Source: Eukaryota sp. TZLM1-RC
Taxonomy: Eukaryota; Protista; Metamonada: BaSk clade
Assembly: GCA_040285825.1 (NCBI GenBank)
Contig: JAUPSS010000001.1
Location: forward strand, 2,356,001-2,420,000
DNA: 64,000 bases
Reading direction: 5' to 3'
Below, in pieces: positions 62,301-64,000 of this stretch. Position 1 is the first letter of the stretch. Each line of letters begins with the position of its first letter. Position numbers and translations under genes: made by a program. Below the pieces are notes generated by a model, which was not told the DNA's origin, made no database searches, and saw only the letters and a list, made by a program, of their open reading frames with translations.

Positions 62301-64000
62301 AAATCGGCTAAGTTAAGGTAGTTGAACAAACTGGAGAGGGAGTTTCCATGAACAGAGTTGGGGCGGAGCAGAGAACAGCATTTTTCGATAGCATTTTCAG
62401 TACGAGCAGTATTATTTCTGGTCTTTCTTTCTTTCTTTCCGGGGTTTTCCCTAGGAGAGTCCAGGTTAGTACGAGATAAGTAATCAGCCCAAAAATTTTT
62501 GGGGCCCTCGATGTGTACTATGTCCAATTCGAAAGTTTGAAGGACGGGAATCCAGCGTAAGACTACGCGATTTTCATCGAGACAAGACAAGAGATAAGAT
62601 AAGTTTTATGATCGCAGAATATTGTGAGGTGTTTAGTCATTAGAAAGGAGGAAAGGTTAGGCTGGTTTAGGGTCATCACTATGGCAAAGAATTCTTTTTG
62701 CATAGTGGACCAGTTCCGTTGGGAGGCAGTTAAGATCCGAGAGTAAAAAGATACGGGTGCTATCTTGCGTTTGGATTGGCAAGTTACAGGTGGTGAAGGT
62801 TCAAGTTCCTTCCAAATGATACCGGCGATGGCTTTATCAGAGGCGTCTGTTGAGATCAGGATTGTAGATTTAGCGTCAGGTAATGCAAGAGGAGTACTAT
62901 CAATTAACATAGTTTTAATGTTTTCAAAACATTTGATTTCTGTTTCACTCAGTTTAATTTTCTTTGGTTTCTTTTGTAGAAGAGCAGTCAGGGGAGCAAA
63001 TTCAGCACTGACGGAAGGTAGTCAGTCGCGAATAAAGTAAATCGAACCTACGAAAGAACGTAGTTCAGGAACAGAAGTTGGAGGAGAAAGCTTGCTCAAG
63101 GTCTCGATTCTAGAAGGACATATTTTTCGAGTTCCATTCTCGAAAATGTTTGCTAAAACTTTGATGGGGTGGTCTTTAGTTTAAAAGGCGCATTTGTGGA
63201 GTCCTATGCGCACACGGTACTTTTGAGCTAATACGCAAAGTTTGTCGAGTCTAGCAAGAAATTCAGGTTTAGAGTTAGCGGCAAGGATTAAATCATCCAT
63301 GTAAATAAATATTCCATCTAAGTTGAATATTCTTTTCATCAGATTTTGAAAAATCGCAGGGACATTCTTAAGTCCAAAGGAGGCGCGAGTGAACATCACT
63401 TTTCTTCCAGGTATTGAGATAGCGGTCTTTGGTTGATCGTCGGGATGAAGGTTAAGTTGCCAAAAGTCTTTGGGTAAGTCCAGGGAAGCGATGTAAGTTG
63501 CGTTTGAAAGAAATCTACAAACATCAGAGATTCTAGGGAGATCAGCGGGTATAGGTACGGTTTTGGCATTGATTCCGTCTGAGCCAGAGTAATCGCCAGT
63601 GAGTCTGGGTGGTTTTCCTGGGACTTATACCAAACAGATGGGAGAAGAGAACGGTCCATTGTAAGGGACAGCGAATCCATGTTCAATAAGTAAGTCGATC
63701 TGTTCGTTAGCGATGCGAAGCTTGTCGGGAGGTAGGTAGCGGGCTTTCTTCGAGACAATTTCAGATTCGTCATAGAACTCAATAGTCATTGGGGGGCAAT
63801 CAATCCCACGGGAGTCAGGACGTTTAGAAAAGATTTGAGGATACTTTAGAAGGAGGTCTTTAATATTTTGAGTTAAAGATGAGTCGTTTAGTAGGAATTT
63901 AGCCTTGTCAAGGTCAGGCAGGGTTATAGCAGTGGATAAAGTCAAAGCAGGGGGCATGAATTGGTCGGGTACAGCGTTTTCGTCTTGAATAGATAAGTTT
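59213..64000 (-). mobile_element. Ty3/Gypsy family D (B-related), decayed, 5' part outside the window
   Basis: RT (YMDD), RNase H, same unknown insert as B, integrase, chromo-like tail; 3' LTR at 59213-59358 is homologous to LTR B. Confidence 0.92.

Overview
Eukaryotic DNA from an intron-poor, AT-rich genome with short UTRs, probably a protist. Most of the window is nested transposable elements. Host genes, all intronless: an ACR3 arsenite exporter (bacterial-like), beta-adaptin, TRM2 tRNA m5U methyltransferase, type-I DnaJ, a CH-domain protein and one hypothetical protein, plus tRNA-Arg(ACG) and an intron-containing tRNA-Tyr(GTA). Mobile DNA: (i) Ty3/Gypsy chromovirus-like LTR retrotransposons of several families (A, B, C x2, D, and a solo LTR E) with very short 79-171 bp LTRs and 4-bp TSDs; all six insertions sit inside another TE; (ii) several CRE-clade non-LTR retrotransposons with a restriction-like endonuclease; (iii) two decayed, mutually homologous Fanzor (TnpB-derived RuvC) genes that the ORF track shows only as scraps. 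Top observation: none of the three Gypsy families with a visible 5' LTR has a tRNA primer-binding site. Each has a different perfect palindrome, CA-[8-nt palindrome]-TG, centred 4 nt downstream of the LTR end, which suggests an undescribed palindrome/dimer-based self-priming mechanism. In addition, the Gag start codon lies inside the LTR in A and B (an in-frame ATG occupies the same place in D and E), and families B and D carry a conserved ~550-aa unknown domain between RNase H and integrase.
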